Below, in pieces: positions 35,800 to 48,949 of a stretch of 64,000 nt of DNA. Below the pieces are notes generated by a model that made no database searches, was not told the origin of the DNA, and worked only from the letters and a program-made list of their open reading frames with translations. Position numbers and translations under genes: made by a program. The DNA comes from Callorhinchus milii (lineage: Eukaryota): the NCBI RefSeq assembly GCF_018977255.1, contig NW_024704743.1, forward strand, positions 64,048,001-64,112,000, written 5' to 3'. Position 1 is the stretch's first letter; the number at the start of each line of letters is the position of its first letter.

Positions 35800-36145
35800 T
35801 AACAATTTGAAATATCAGTCTTGGAGATGAGAAGATTCATTGATGTATTCCAATCCTGAAGTTTACAGTTAAACCGAAACCTGATATGTTTGACATAATT
35901 ACAAAAACTGAAATACAAGGGCATGGACTTGAACTCAAAAGAGGGAAGACGACCAGGCAGATTAAATATAACTACACAGCAATGTGTGAATTTATAGAAT
36001 CGACCCAGGGAGGCACTGGAAGGAATTAAAGCATTATTTGGTAGAGAAATTAAATGAGATGTATCAAATATGGCGTACCGAATGATTTTATTTATTTGGG
36101 GATGGAACAGTTGGATTGCAGTGTCTTTTTCTGATCCTGTATTTC
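35800..36145 (+). mobile_element. Old CR1 3' end
   Basis: ACAAGGGCATGGACTTGAACTC (TRGH-L-L-like) and a 3' UTR ending CTTTTCTGATCCTGTATTTC. Confidence 0.55.
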
Positions 36146-36929
36146 CTAATTTTCAGAACTGAAATTCAAATGATTTGCATCAGACACATTTGAGATTCAA
36201 ATTCCAGCTATAATTTTGTAGAGTAATAAAATTGCTGTTGTTTGCTGAGATGGTGGTGGTCGATCCATTACTTTAATTTCTGCCTTAAAAGTTAATTTGT
36301 ACACTCTACTAAGTGAAAAGGAGCTAAGTAAATATAGGGGATCTTCCTGTTAACAATGATTTTATTGTCACTTCTCATATATTCTCAATTTTTTCCAAAG
36401 TACCAACATTTCCCTTGAATTTGTTTCGCTAATGTAACCTTTCATTGTACATTCCCACCTGTCATTTTTACAGTTTTCTTGTATCCATGCACATGCTATT
36501 TTATTGTTAGTTCAGGTTAAATACATTTTGAGTAATGGATATATTGTTTTATTGAAAAGAAAATAATCTTGATTTAAGGTCTCTATTAGGAACTTTCAAT
36601 AATTTTCAGTTCTATAGAATTTATAAGGAAAATAATATTTACAAATAAGAGTAACCTATGAACTGAATAACCAAAACTGGAGGTACCCAACAATGACATA
36701 TTTGTATTCTGTTTTGTACACTTCAGTTCATACGAAAACCTTAATGAGATTTATTTTTGCGCTCCCATAGAGCAAAATTAATTAGGCGCAGTTGTTCATA
36801 GCTCTTTTTAAAATTTCCCTTTGAACTTTCCCCTTCCTCGTTTGAGGATTACCGATTATGCAGTAATAGGATACAATGGGTGGCGATATTTCTCCACATC
36901 TTGCCCTATTGGCCATCTTCATTTGCCAA

Positions 36930-37840
36930 CATGGAAATATCTGGGGGCTATCATACCCAACTCTGATTTATCTTCCAGAATCCCCACACACTTATTTCCA
37001 GCAATGTTAACTCCAAATCAGGACCTCACATAAGTTATTTTAGCCTTGTGTAGATCACAGTTGAAGTCACATTTTAATTTGGGCACCAGACCATCAAAAG
37101 GATATTGATGTAGGGGGTTTAGAGAAGAGCAAGAATGATTTAAAGACTAGGTTATGAGGAACGACTCACAGAACTGAAATAGATCTTAACCATTCTCAGA
37201 GGCTTAGATTTTTATACATGCAGAATACCATTTGACTTAGACTAGAACATGTAAATTTAAAAAGAACAAACCTCAAGTGAGACACGGATACTATAATAAT
37301 AATAATAATAATCCTTGCATTTGATATAGCGCTTTTCACGTCGGGAGGACGTCCCAAAGCGCTTCACAGAACACACTGTAAAGTGAATTGACTATATATT
37401 TGTGGGCGAACGCGTCAGCCAATTGCGCACAGCAATGTCCCACAAACAGTCGTAGATTGAAAATGACCAATTTATTATTGTTTTTGGTTTTGGAGGGATT
37501 ATTATTAGGCTCTGTGTGGAGTAAGGAAACTTGCCCAAGGTTTCGCCCTCTGCCTGGAATTGAACTCAGGTCTCTCACTTGCAAAGGGAGTGCTCTAACC
37601 ACTGAGCTACAGGACTCCACTAGGGAAAGAAGTTAAGGTGGCTAAGGTTGAACAGCGAAGAATGAATGAATATTCTGGAGCTTGATTAACTTTGGGAATC
37701 AGGGAATATTGAAACAGAACTTTTCCTGGGAGATCAAGGTGATTGGGTGGTGTCCACAATAGGAGATCATTGTAAATGGCCTCTGGAAGAAATGGGTTGG
37801 ATGTATCAATATGCTTTTACTTTTCCATATGTTCTTACAA
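36930..37840 (+). mobile_element. Old CR1 3' fragment split by a SINE insertion
   Basis: KYLGAII..DLS, WAPDHQKDID and YEERLTEL motifs before 37294; 3' UTR-like sequence after 37618. Confidence 0.6.
37294..37618 (-). mobile_element. SINE family A, deleted subfamily, full length, young
   Basis: Head GGAGTCCTGTAGCTCAGTGGTTAGAGCAC, long (TTA)n tail, tail loop CTCCC. Confidence 0.95.
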
Positions 37841-38089
37841 AACTCTGGTCAATTTCATTTTTTAATTCCCCAAACCTGGGAACAATAGAGCTATTGTAGT
37901 ACCTCACGGCCACCGTGGCTAGGAACAGAGAACGGGGATCAAGCTGGAACTTTTATTGGAACATAGATATGCATACATTACAAAGGTCCAGAAAAGATTA
38001 TCTCGATCCATCTGAAACATCACAAAGTAATTTTCTTTTTTTAAAAAAGGAATGAATAAAACCACTCAGTGGCGCAGATAGGATGGGAT

Positions 38090-38265
38090 TAATATTTCTT
38101 TGTTTTAAATAACATACACTATTCTATATCCCAAGCACTGAATCAATTTATTTCCCACATATTGTAGCTATTCCATTCCTTCGTGAGTTAGCTGACACAT
38201 TGTGCCTCCACCACCTCACTATGTAATTAATTCCACATATTTACCACTAAACAGTTCTCTCTTCA
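38090..38265 (-). mobile_element. Old CR1 3' end
   Basis: CCTCCACCAC..TTCCACATATTTACCACT is the reverse complement of a VVNMWN-like CR1 end. Confidence 0.5.
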
Positions 38266-41200
38266 AAGCTCAAAGTCTGTGCCCTGTGACAGTGGAGATA
38301 TGCAAGTGGCATAAATTCAGATTTGAAATGTGAAATTGTCTGTCTGTTATATCTACTGTATTTTCTAAATATACAGTTATTAAGTCTACATTAAAATGCA
38401 GTTTTTCTCCCAGACAGGAGATAAGTGGGGTCTCCTTGGAGCAGAGCTGGTCCCACGGTGACGTGCTTGGCAATGGAATGTTGGAATCGAGTCAGTTGAT
38501 GTGGATGATGGGTTTCCACATGTGTCAGTCGCTCAATTGACCGAGAAAAAAAAGGCAGTTTCTTTAGTATTTAATTAGGATTCACTGTTATTACATGAAA
38601 AAAGTTATTTTTGTAATATCTCACTTGTTGACACATTTGTTTAGCTGATAATCTCTAAATAATAATATGATAGAGCTCCAGAATGCAACATTTACAACTA
38701 TAAGATATCAATAACGCTTAGGAGCATATCGATAGTTATAGGGCTAAAAGTTATTAAAATAAAAATACAAATATACAGAAATGTTAGTTTCATTTTTGTT
38801 TAGTGAATTAATTTATATACTTTCAGCAAGCTTTTCCTCTTTTCTGCTTGCATTCCTGCATTCTAATTTAAGTAAAGTTATAACTGGTTTTGAACATGCA
38901 TTCACTGAGAAGAGGTAGTTCCTTCTTTATTTATTGATTAGATTAAGTATGCAGCCTTCATATGAGGAATGCAGTTTATTCCAAATTTCCTCCCGCCCCC
39001 ATCCTGATCAGTGTAGGTGTGGGAGGGAAAGCAATTTAATTACGTTAACTGTATTGACCGACAGGAGCTGTTGTTTAATAGCACCATTCCCTAGAGTCTA
39101 ATTCAGGTACTGTAAATTGAATGGATGCTGTAAAAATACTGCAGAATTCAACTTTCCTTTAGTGCATATTTTAGCTCTGTCCAAACTGGCAAACTGCCCA
39201 ATCAGAGCTCTGAGTCCTCTGCCCTTGCTGAGTTGAGCGGTATTTCCATGTCAAACCAAGACAAAGTGCGCAGTGTTTGTGCATTTTGCTTGTAGGCCTT
39301 AGTGAAAATAGTGGGTCCTTTTGTAATGTAATGCATCCTGTGTACAGCCTCAGTAGTTAACCTTTGTATTGCTGCCTTTGTCATGTTTGACAGCTATCTT
39401 ATTCGGACTTGTGGCATGTTTAGCTGAAAAACCTATACTTCCTTCCAAAAGTACAGTAAGAAAAACCTTTGTGAATGTGCGTGTTTGTGTACTGTTCAAT
39501 CATTTTAAATACCTTCTTTTCTTTAGTTGTTGGATGACATGTAATACTATTTTAAAATTGAGTAAAGATTATTGTTATCTATTTTTAATATATGTTAGTG
39601 TAATCCCCTTCTAACTACTGTATTTTCAGCAAATCTGTGAATGTGATGCAATTTGAGTCACAACTGATCTTAGCATAAATGGTTGGTTTCATATTATATT
39701 TCAGAGCAAAGACCGTATTCCTTGAGGTCTGGGTAGTCTAAACTTCTGTGAAGTAAAGCTGAAGTGATAGAGAAGATAAGCAGTACCAAAATGATAAGGA
39801 AATAATTGTAAATTACTGAAAAGAGCAATAATTTTCTTTCTGGCTAAATATTTTTTCTAAATTCTGTCAAAAGATATGATTCATATAAGTCTTGAACATA
39901 TTTACATAAACACAATATGGTTAAGAATTTGGTTTTAATATATGGTAAATACTTTAAATATATTCCTATAAAAAATATGCTATTTTTTGGAGAAGATAAA
40001 AATGTACGTCATGCTATATATTTGGAGTTTTACAGCTCTGTGTTAATTATTCTGCCTTTTAGAGCTGTGAGAAAACTATTCATAGGGAGAATATTGTGTA
40101 TAGTTTCTCCCTTTGTGAGGGTTAGTGTGCCTTACTTGACTTTATAATGCCGTCATGTTATTGAAACCATATTTTTGTTTAGTATAAATAAGGAAAAATG
40201 AGTGAGTATTATAATCAGGAACAGCTTAATTATTCTCAGTTGTGTAATATAAGAAATGGAAGCTTAAATCAGTGGTAACTCTTTATTACTATTCAATTAT
40301 TACTTATTTGATTAGCCACATATATATATAGGGTTTTAAGAATCTATTTCCTTCTGCTATGTGTAACTCGATGAATGTCTTGAGATTTTGAAAGTTGGAA
40401 GCATGTGAGCTTAATTTTACCATGTTCCTTTCAAGTACTTTCCAAATAAATATGATCCAACATCTCTAAATGTTGTATCAGAAACCAAAGACCATTTGTT
40501 TTAAGCTAAGACTAATGAGTGGATTTTATCAAACAAAAAATATTTGTATCACCTATTATGCACAGGTTTTATTGTACTCTCTAAGGCAGAAAAAGCATGC
40601 ACAGAAATAACATTTGTTTATAAAAAAAATACAAGTGTTAGCCTTAGTAATATTGATACACAAATATTCCTCTGATTTATCACAGTCCTAGAATTGGTTC
40701 AGATTGTATCTATAGAATGCTATTTAATAACGAGATAATGTCTCTTTATTTTTAAAAATTGTGCAATTTATATTCTTTCTGTCAATAACTGTAGGGCATC
40801 CGGTTTCTTTTCAATTAGTTTGAATAGTTCATTATCTGACTGCTTATTGTCCGTGAACAAGCTGTTGCCTGATATAAGAGAATCAAAGTATGTTCGGGAA
40901 AAGGGTGGCATGTGTTTCATGGACCCCATAATTAGTTACCCTTTGTAGCTCAGAGCAGTAATTAAATCTGCCACTTCTGCTCTGCTGATTCATTTATTTA
41001 TTCCTTTAATTGCTCAACTGAATGTTTCTTTATCTCTGAAATTGGAACATTTTCTACAGACAAAAAAGCATGACCTTTCCTTCAGGGCCAGAGACATGTG
41101 AAAGTAAACTGATAATGTTATATCTGTGTTAGACTTTTCTTGTTCAGTCAGTTAGATACATCCAGCACAGGATAAGAAATTGGCTGTTGCAACTCCGAGG

Positions 41201-43255
41201 ATTTTTTCTACGAGCATTTTCGATTCCTTGTGAATTCAGCTTCTCCAAAGCGAGGATATTTGTAAGAGACACATCCGGAATGTTACAGCTGCAACACATT
41301 GGTTTATTCGAGGTGAATTTTGAAGAAAACCAATTGTCCTACCCTCTGGTCCTTTACTGAACAGATTTGGGCAGAAGATCTTCTCATGTGGCACTAATTT
41401 AAATGATTGGATAAGGGGTTGTGAGCTCACTGTGCCTGACTCAGGCTTATCTGCCAGGGGCTAAGCTAGGAACAGCAAAGCTTCCATCATACCAGCAGGG
41501 CTTAGGGCTCCTGGCCATCTGTCCACAACAAGAATTGTCAGACAAATAGGGACCACACTTACACTAGCTGTAGAGGAGCAGTAGTAAGACAGCATTTACA
41601 TTTCATTAGGACTGCAATACAGAAACATCTCAGCAGGTCAGTAGTTTTAATTGATTTCATGTATCATTATTGATGCAGTGTTATCTCTTTTAAATTGGCA
41701 TTTCAATGTAATTATTTTCTGCTGCTACTAATAGTCTCCCTACTTCACTGAATACGAAAAATTTGTTTTGTTACTTAATATTCTGAATGCTGCTGCATGT
41801 TTCAATATAGGTATAAAAGGTTCAGCTCCGGAAACTTTATTTTTCTTATACTCTCAACCTTTCTTCGACTTGTGCCTTGATTCGACTTGTGCATGATTCC
41901 ATAGTCTCCCTTAGCTGTAAAGGAGATTACATTTGTGTTACGTAGTGGGAAAAGAGCTTTGTTGAAAGGCAGAATACATTTCTTTTTTAAAAAATATACT
42001 TTTCATTGCCACACTTTGCTGTAGCACTGACAGTTAACATATTCTCTTACACATTATTGCTGTCTCATTGGTTAACACTATTTAATGAGGCATGTGGATA
42101 ATTAATAGTTGTTTTTCAGTCTTAAATATAATAGCTTGCTCTCTTTTCAATCAATGTATGGAATTCTGAAAGAAAGAAAGATTCTCTGTTAAGCTACAAA
42201 GCAAAGACCCTTTAAAATTATGTCTAAGTATTGCTTTGATAATGTTTCAAGACAGTGAAATGGGAAGAAAGTTAATATTTGAAGAAACATATTTAATGAA
42301 AGTTTTGCATGCATTATAAATATGGGGCCATGAATAGTAGTTGTGATACTATACACTTGATTCAGTTTGGAAAAGTTGGAAAAGTTATTGCTCTTGGAGT
42401 ATTTGTTCATTAGTTTATTCCTTTGTAAATATGAAATTTTCTTTTAAATGCCATTGCATTTCAAAGGAAATAAGAACAATTGGCATCACCATAAAAATAT
42501 ATTTCACAACTTCGTATGAAAGTCAATTCATTATTCATTATTTTATTTTGTAATGGGCATTATATAATCTATCAAAAGCAATCAAACCCGTCTCTGCCAT
42601 GCAACTCCATAATCTCTCCTTTATTACTGTTCATTTTGTACTGAGGCTTTCACCGTTTCCCATTTGCACAAAACTCAATGGTGGAAGCGTGAAATTTGCT
42701 TTGTAAAATCAGATGTAACTTTTTCCTGAAATTATGGCATTTGCCTGCATATTTCATTAAAAAAAACTATCGCAAAGACCAAAATCAGAAACAAATCTGC
42801 ATTTTTATATTACCTTTCACGTTAGAGGAAATTTGTAAAGTGCATTTGCAAAATTTGTAAATTTAAGTGAATTTTATGTTGACAAGTGTGCAGCTAATCT
42901 ACACAAGCAATGTCCTTCAAATGACAATAGATTAATAGCCAATTTATAAATATTTGCAGTGGATTTGGATAGGAGGGAACATAACGCAGGACAACAAGAA
43001 AACAATTCCCATTTATGTTTAAAATAGGAGGAAATCTCGTGATATCCATTTGAATAACAACTCAAACAGAAATTAATGGTTCTGTTGTAAAAGGCATGAT
43101 GAAATGGAAATAAACTTGTATTTAAAGTAACGCAGAATGTTGGTGCAGCAATTTGAAAGATAACTGTTTGTGTACGTGTATCCTTGTCAAATACTAACAT
43201 AAATGACAATTATTTTGAATCTCTTTTCCTACAATTAGATGACCTTTCAGAGGTA

Positions 43256-43488
43256 TAATAATAATCCTTACATTTGAGATAACGCCTTATCACATCTTTG
43301 AGACATCTCAAAGCACTTCACAAAATATAGTAAAATGGATTGACTGAATATTTTGTGGGCGAAACGCAACAGCCAATTGCTCACAGCAGTGCCCCACAAA
43401 CAGTCGTGGATTATTATTATTTTTTGAAGGGATTATTATCCCCGGAAAAGTGATCCGCCAATCGACAAACAACCGGTTCCTAGGTAAA
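43256..43488 (-). mobile_element. SINE family A, 5'-truncated
   Basis: Tail, body and GATCCGCCAATCGAC..CCTAGGTAAA middle segment. Confidence 0.9.
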
Positions 43489-44625
43489 TAACTTAATTAT
43501 GAAAGATAAAATGAAGGACACGAGGGGTGGAAAATTCTTCATGTCAGCATTTCACCCTTTGTTGGTTATTGCATATCAACAACATTGCCACACTCAGCAA
43601 CGGGAGAGGCTTTTTGTCAAGTTGTCTATGTTGCATTTTAAAATAATCTTTTGTGGTAAGTTTGTTTTCTGTAAGTGGTATGTTTAAATTGCTATATATT
43701 TTATATTAAAACTGACAAAATAATAATGAAAGTATTCTCCAACAATTCATATTCTGACCAGATAAATACAAATCTTCCTGCATAATCTTTTAAAATGATA
43801 ATCTCATGGAATTGAAAAAAAAATCAAGTCAGTATTAATATATAGAAAGTGGGTCATATGGGTTTTAGTATTAAGCATCAAATCCTAACCAATAGGATTT
43901 AGTTGAGATGTCAGGTTTATTCAATAAATACAGCAATAACATACAGTGTGTTACAAGGCAGTACCAAAGTGGGGGGGCGGGGAGGGTTAAAAAGCTATTC
44001 CGAGTTGTAGCACTGCCTTATTGTTATTTTCTGTATTAGTTTATTTTCTTACCATGCATGCAGTATCCAGTTTTCCAGCAGAGTTGACACTCCAGAAATA
44101 ATAGATAGCAGGCTTCTGTAAACCATTGTCGTGATCTGACACTGATATTGAAATGAGTTTTACCAACCGATACATCCTATGATATGTGTATTGGATACTT
44201 TAAATATCAACCTGCTAGGTGCTGAGGTTTATTTTAATTTTGTGAGTCGCACAGTCTCAAAAACGAAAAGAGAGAAACCCCTGGTGAAATATCAGGAACA
44301 AAGTAGAGATCAATATGATTGCATAGATTTTTAGGCTACAACCCTGCAGTTTAAACAAGCACTTTTTCCTTTCCTCTACCTACTCAAGAAACAAAATGAG
44401 TACTTTATTGATAAAAATATTTGCAAATAAAAATATTGTCTAGTTTTCAGAATGTAGTAATGGAGGCAACATAATAAATAGTACATTAGTGATAATAATC
44501 CTGTATCTGTTAAGATAAGGCCAGTATGGCTTGTATTATGTCTTCAGTTTCATTTATCTGACTTGAATACCATACTGTTTATAACCAGAAAAATAAATGA
44601 CTTTAGTCTGAATCAACAGCTGAAC

Positions 44626-44940
44626 GTGTGTCAGCCTGGTTCAGTGGTAGCACTCTCGCCTCTGAGTCAGAAGGTTGTGGGTTCAAGCCCCACAAAGGGA
44701 CTTAGCATAACATAGTCTAACCTGTGTTGCATTGTTGGAGATACCATTCTTCAGATGAGATGTTAAACCGAGGTCCTGTGCCTCTTCAGGTGGATAAAAT
44801 CAGAATAAAATTGGCCACTCACTCCATGGCTATTTGTGGGCCATTGCTGTTTGCAAACTGACCCACAAAATGCAGTTGTTGAGACATGATATCAAATGCA
44901 AAATCAAATGCAATCCTTATCAAATGCAAGGATTATTATT
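44626..44940 (+). mobile_element. DeuSINE (family B) with internal deletions
   Basis: Head GTGTCAGCCTGGTTCAGTGGTAGCACTCTCGCCTCTGAGTCAGAAGGTTGTGGGTTCAAGCCCCAC and core TTCAGATGAGATGTTAAACCGAGGTCC. Confidence 0.88.
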
Positions 44941-45699
44941 AAATTATTACACTCTATATTAAAAGTAATATTTAATTTGAATTAGCAACAGCAAATTATA
45001 GATTTGCTTTGTAGACTGGAATATTCGGATTGGGGCTTCTGGTTTGCAAGCTTTTAAGTGTGATACAATAGTGGTTGCGCATTATATTTTCTTGATATCT
45101 GTGAAATGATATCTAATGTTATTGAGGCTTTTTTACAATAGTGTATGGTCACTTTGTCTTCCTTGGATAAGTTGCTGCTGTTGTCTTGGTTTGTGTATTC
45201 TTGATGTCAGAAACTGATATTAAATCAGAATTTAATATTCAATCAAGATCAGAGGACAATTTAGCAGCAAATAGATTGCAAACTAAATATTTACTTGATT
45301 AAGAAGTGAGTACATGTAAATGTATTGAGCTGTTTATTTATCTCCTCTATCACTTTTGATTGGTCTTGTCACTCACACATCTTTGTGGCACTGTCTCCCA
45401 ATGATGCCTTGAGATCAGGTGGTTTATGACAGCAGGCAAGAATGTATTTTTAGCTTTTTTTGGGGGAGGGTGGGGGTCTCCTGACTTCTACTTGTTAACC
45501 TGTAGGTTGATTTATTTTCCAGTATTTTTAAACAGAGCATGGACTCACTGCTCTGCACTGACTCATTGCATTGTGAATTTTTTAAATATCTGTTTGTGTC
45601 CTCAGTGGATCAGGTCAGAAATGATATGTTTAGGCAACATCTGGGAGGACACAGATTGAAAAGATTGGGGTAAAAATTGTGACATGTTAGTAAAATAGG

Positions 45700-45965
45700 G
45701 GAAAAAGGAGACATTCAGTCTTTCAAGTTATGTTCCATCAGTTTATTAGATCATGGAATATCTAATAATCCCTTGCCTTTTCCCCATACACCTTGAAGCC
45801 CTTACTTCCCAAGTATCTATCTCACTTCTAAACATCAGAATGTATTCTACATCTGCAGCCTTCTGGGGCAGTGAGTTCCACATTTTTACCACCATTTGTG
45901 TGAAGAAATGTTTTCTGATCTCACTTCTAACCATCCAGTCTCTAATTTTAAAATGGTGCCCCCAA
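45700..45965 (-). mobile_element. CR1 3' end
   Basis: ORF 45746-45934 has VRSEIRKHFFTQMVVKMWNSLPQKA. Confidence 0.85.
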
Positions 45966-46466
45966 TCTGTTTCGGATTAGTTTTATCCAGCTGTCAGTTC
46001 CATTGACTATTTTACACTGAAGTTACTAATTAGCATATTATTGAATTTAGTAACCTTATGATATTTAAGTTACAAATCGACTTGACCCTTGGTGTTCTGA
46101 AGGCATGGTCACCCTCTCCCTCCAAACAAACACACGCACAGGCCAAGGCCAGTGTTTAATTCCTGGGTTGTGTTTCATGGCATTGGACTAATAACAGGTA
46201 GCAACGTAAAGGCTTAACTAAATAAAATAAATCAGGAGCGGGCCAGAATCCTGCTAACTGTCAGTCCAATGCTGTGGTCTACGAGCAGATGGAGTGATTG
46301 GCTTTAAAGTGTGACCTTCCAGAAGGTGCAGCAGTGTGTGAGGGGAGGCTGTGTGAGGGGAGGTTGTGTGCCAGCAAAACACCCAGGGACTAGTTGATGA
46401 CTTAATCGACATAAGAATGCAAATTTAGTGCATGTCTGAGTTAGCACCACACTGTTAAACAATATA

Positions 46467-46751
46467 AATAATAATAATCCTTGCATTTGATATAGCGGCT
46501 TATCACGTCTTCAAGACGTCTCAAAGCGCTTCACAGAATACACTGTAAATGAATTGATTGTATATTTGTGGGCGAAACGCGGCAGACAATTGCGCACAGT
46601 AGTGTCCCACAAACAGTCGTGGATTGAAGTGACCAATTTTATTATTGTTTTTTTTCTTGAGGGATTATTAACAGGCGTGTGGAGTAAGGGAATCAAACCC
46701 AGGTCTCTCGCTTGTGAGGCGAGTGCTCTAACCACTGAGATACAGGACTCC
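46467..46751 (-). mobile_element. SINE family A, both ends present, internal deletions
   Basis: Head and tail are intact; linker and middle segments are missing. Confidence 0.92.
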
Positions 46752-47579
46752 ACACAATACAGATTCCACTACAGGACTAATATGTTAATACATTTGAATT
46801 TTCACACATTTCTTTAAATATTTTTAACTGGTTTCAGGATAGCTACTGAAGGTGAATATTTAAATATTATATTCTGTGAAGTGCTTTGAGATGTCTCAAA
46901 GACGTGACAAGGCGCTATATCAAATGCAAAGATTATTATTATATTCTAATATAAGCTTGACCAAGAAAAATGCCTGCTGGTAAATAAACAGATTTAATTT
47001 TAAAAATCCCAAGTTACTTTTGTTTGCAAATTATAAAATACATGTTAGTCAGAAAGATTCCTGTTAGTAGAAGGGGAACTGACATTTCCGTAACAAAGAT
47101 AAGGCTACTATTTCTTATGTAGGTCTGCCTAAAGACTTGAGCTGCTCCTTTGGATAAGTCAAATCATTTTTCCATTCCTCATCAGTTTTAAGTAGAGAGC
47201 TTACAGTCACAGATCCAAAATGAGTCACAGATAAAGAAAGCCCTTTCTGCCTATTTGATATCACTTTTCCACAATATCTTCCCATTACAACATCAGTCAG
47301 ATGGGGTGGAGTGAAAGCTGTCAGATCTGAGGGCACAGTGCCAGGTGGGCTGCCCATCAATGGTCCTTGTACATTAAAAGGAGGTTGAGGAATCTACTGT
47401 CTGTTCACTAGTTCGTTTCTTTTTTTTATTGTTGAATTCTTCAAAATGGAAATTTCTTGTCAATGGCCGATATGTTTCAACTCAGATTCTGATCACGCCA
47501 CCAACCAAATGGATTATATATCCATGTAATTGTAATGTAAATAAAATGCACAAGTGCACTAACAAATAAAATCAGTGAA

Positions 47580-47720
47580 CAAAATGCAAAATACTTCAGA
47601 TCCTGGAAATCTGAAACAAAAACAAAAGTCGTTGGGAACTCTCAGCAGATCAAGCGACCTTTCTATTGAGAAAGGAAAGTGAGTCAATGTTTCGGGTCCA
47701 CGACCCTTCGTCAGAACCGA
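47580..47720 (-). mobile_element. Penelope-associated terminal-repeat fragment
   Basis: CAAAATACTTCAGATCCTGGAAATCTGAAACAAAAAC..CTCAGCAGATCAAG..TTTCGGGTCCACGACCCTTCGTCAGAAC, a layout I recall as common in chondrichthyan PLE ends. Confidence 0.65.
47681..47720 (-). ncRNA. Minimal type I hammerhead-ribozyme-like motif (probably decayed)
   Basis: Minus strand reads UCGGUU CUGACGA A GGGUC-GUG-GACCC GAAA CAUU GACUC: core CUGAnGA and GAAA around a 5-bp stem II. Confidence 0.6.
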
Positions 47721-47734
47721 CGAATACAGTCACA

Positions 47735-47908
47735 AATAAAATCACTGCATTAAAAAGGAAACTTAATACATACATTAGAGAGAAGGGAATTGAGGGATAT
47801 AGGAGAAGGGATTTGGAGGAGTAGAGGCTTGTATAGAATTGAACACTTCTACCGACTAGTTGGATGAATAATCTGTTTCTGTGTTGTACCACTCCATGTA
47901 TTTCTATG
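47735..47908 (+). mobile_element. CR1 3' UTR fragment
   Basis: GCATTAAAAAGGAAACTTAATAC..GGAATTGAGGGATATAGG..CTAGTTGGATGAATAATCTGTTTCTGTGTTG. Confidence 0.7.
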
Positions 47909-48378
47909 TAAAATGTATTTATCATAATTATTATTACTCCCACCCCCCACCCCCACGCTTTCCTGCTCTGCCTAACAGCATCTTACAAGTACTGCTGAAA
48001 GGGATGAGACTCATGATATATACTCAAAATAGTGTACAGATTTCAGTAAACCTGGAAGAGTTGTGGGCCAGAATAGTATTTGGAAGTCACAATAGCCAAA
48101 GTAGCTGTAACTTTTTAGAGCTCTTCTGAAGGTTGCCCAAGTCTTTGTTTTCGTGTTTTGGGATTTGTAAATAATTAGGACTCTTGATGAAATATTCTTA
48201 TACTGTATCTGGCAAAAGAAAACTAGGGAATTGTTTCTGGAAATTGTGAACAATATTTTCTTCAGTTCATGGTCTTGGATATTGTGCCGACAGCGATTTA
48301 TCCTTTGGAGACTTCCCTTGAAACAGCATCACCACAAGCTAAACAGAAACCATGGAGGCTATTGTATAATGACCATGG

Positions 48379-48700
48379 AGCCTGGCTCAGTTTGTAGCAC
48401 TGTCTGAGTATATCTCTGACTCAGAAGGCTGGGCCCCATGTCAGGACGTGCAGTCCTGAGGAAGAGGTGCGTTTACGGAGATGCTATCCTTCAGATGAGA
48501 CATTAAACCGAGGTCCTGTCTGCATGTCCAGGTGGATATTAAAAATCCCTCGGCACTATTTGAAAAGAGAAAGGAGTTTCTCCTGGTGTCTTGTCCAACA
48601 ATCCGTCACATAAAATAGCTTGATTGCTTCATGACAGCTTGTTGGACATTGCTGAGTCAAATTGGCTGTCATGTTTGCCTACAAAATACACAATCACAAT
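48379..48700 (+). mobile_element. DeuSINE (family B)
   Basis: CTTCAGATGAGACATTAAACCGAGGTCCTGTCTGCATGTCCAGGTGGAT..GGCACTATTTGAA..CCTGGTGTCTTGTCCAAC. Confidence 0.88.
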
Positions 48701-48949
48701 TCAGTCTGATTTGTGAACGGGCTACAGGATTTTTTAAACATGTGAACCTCTAAGGTCATTGCAGGTCTTCAGGAAGCGTTGGATCCAATGCCAGTACCTA
48801 AGGATAGACCTTTGCCCACTTCCTCAAAACCAGGCCATAAAGTGGATCCTGGGCAAGGCTCAGAAGGAAATGAATTAAAATTATTGATTTATTCTCTGAA
48901 ATTTCAGCAGAGCTCTAATATAATTTTATTATTTTTTAAAAATCAATAT

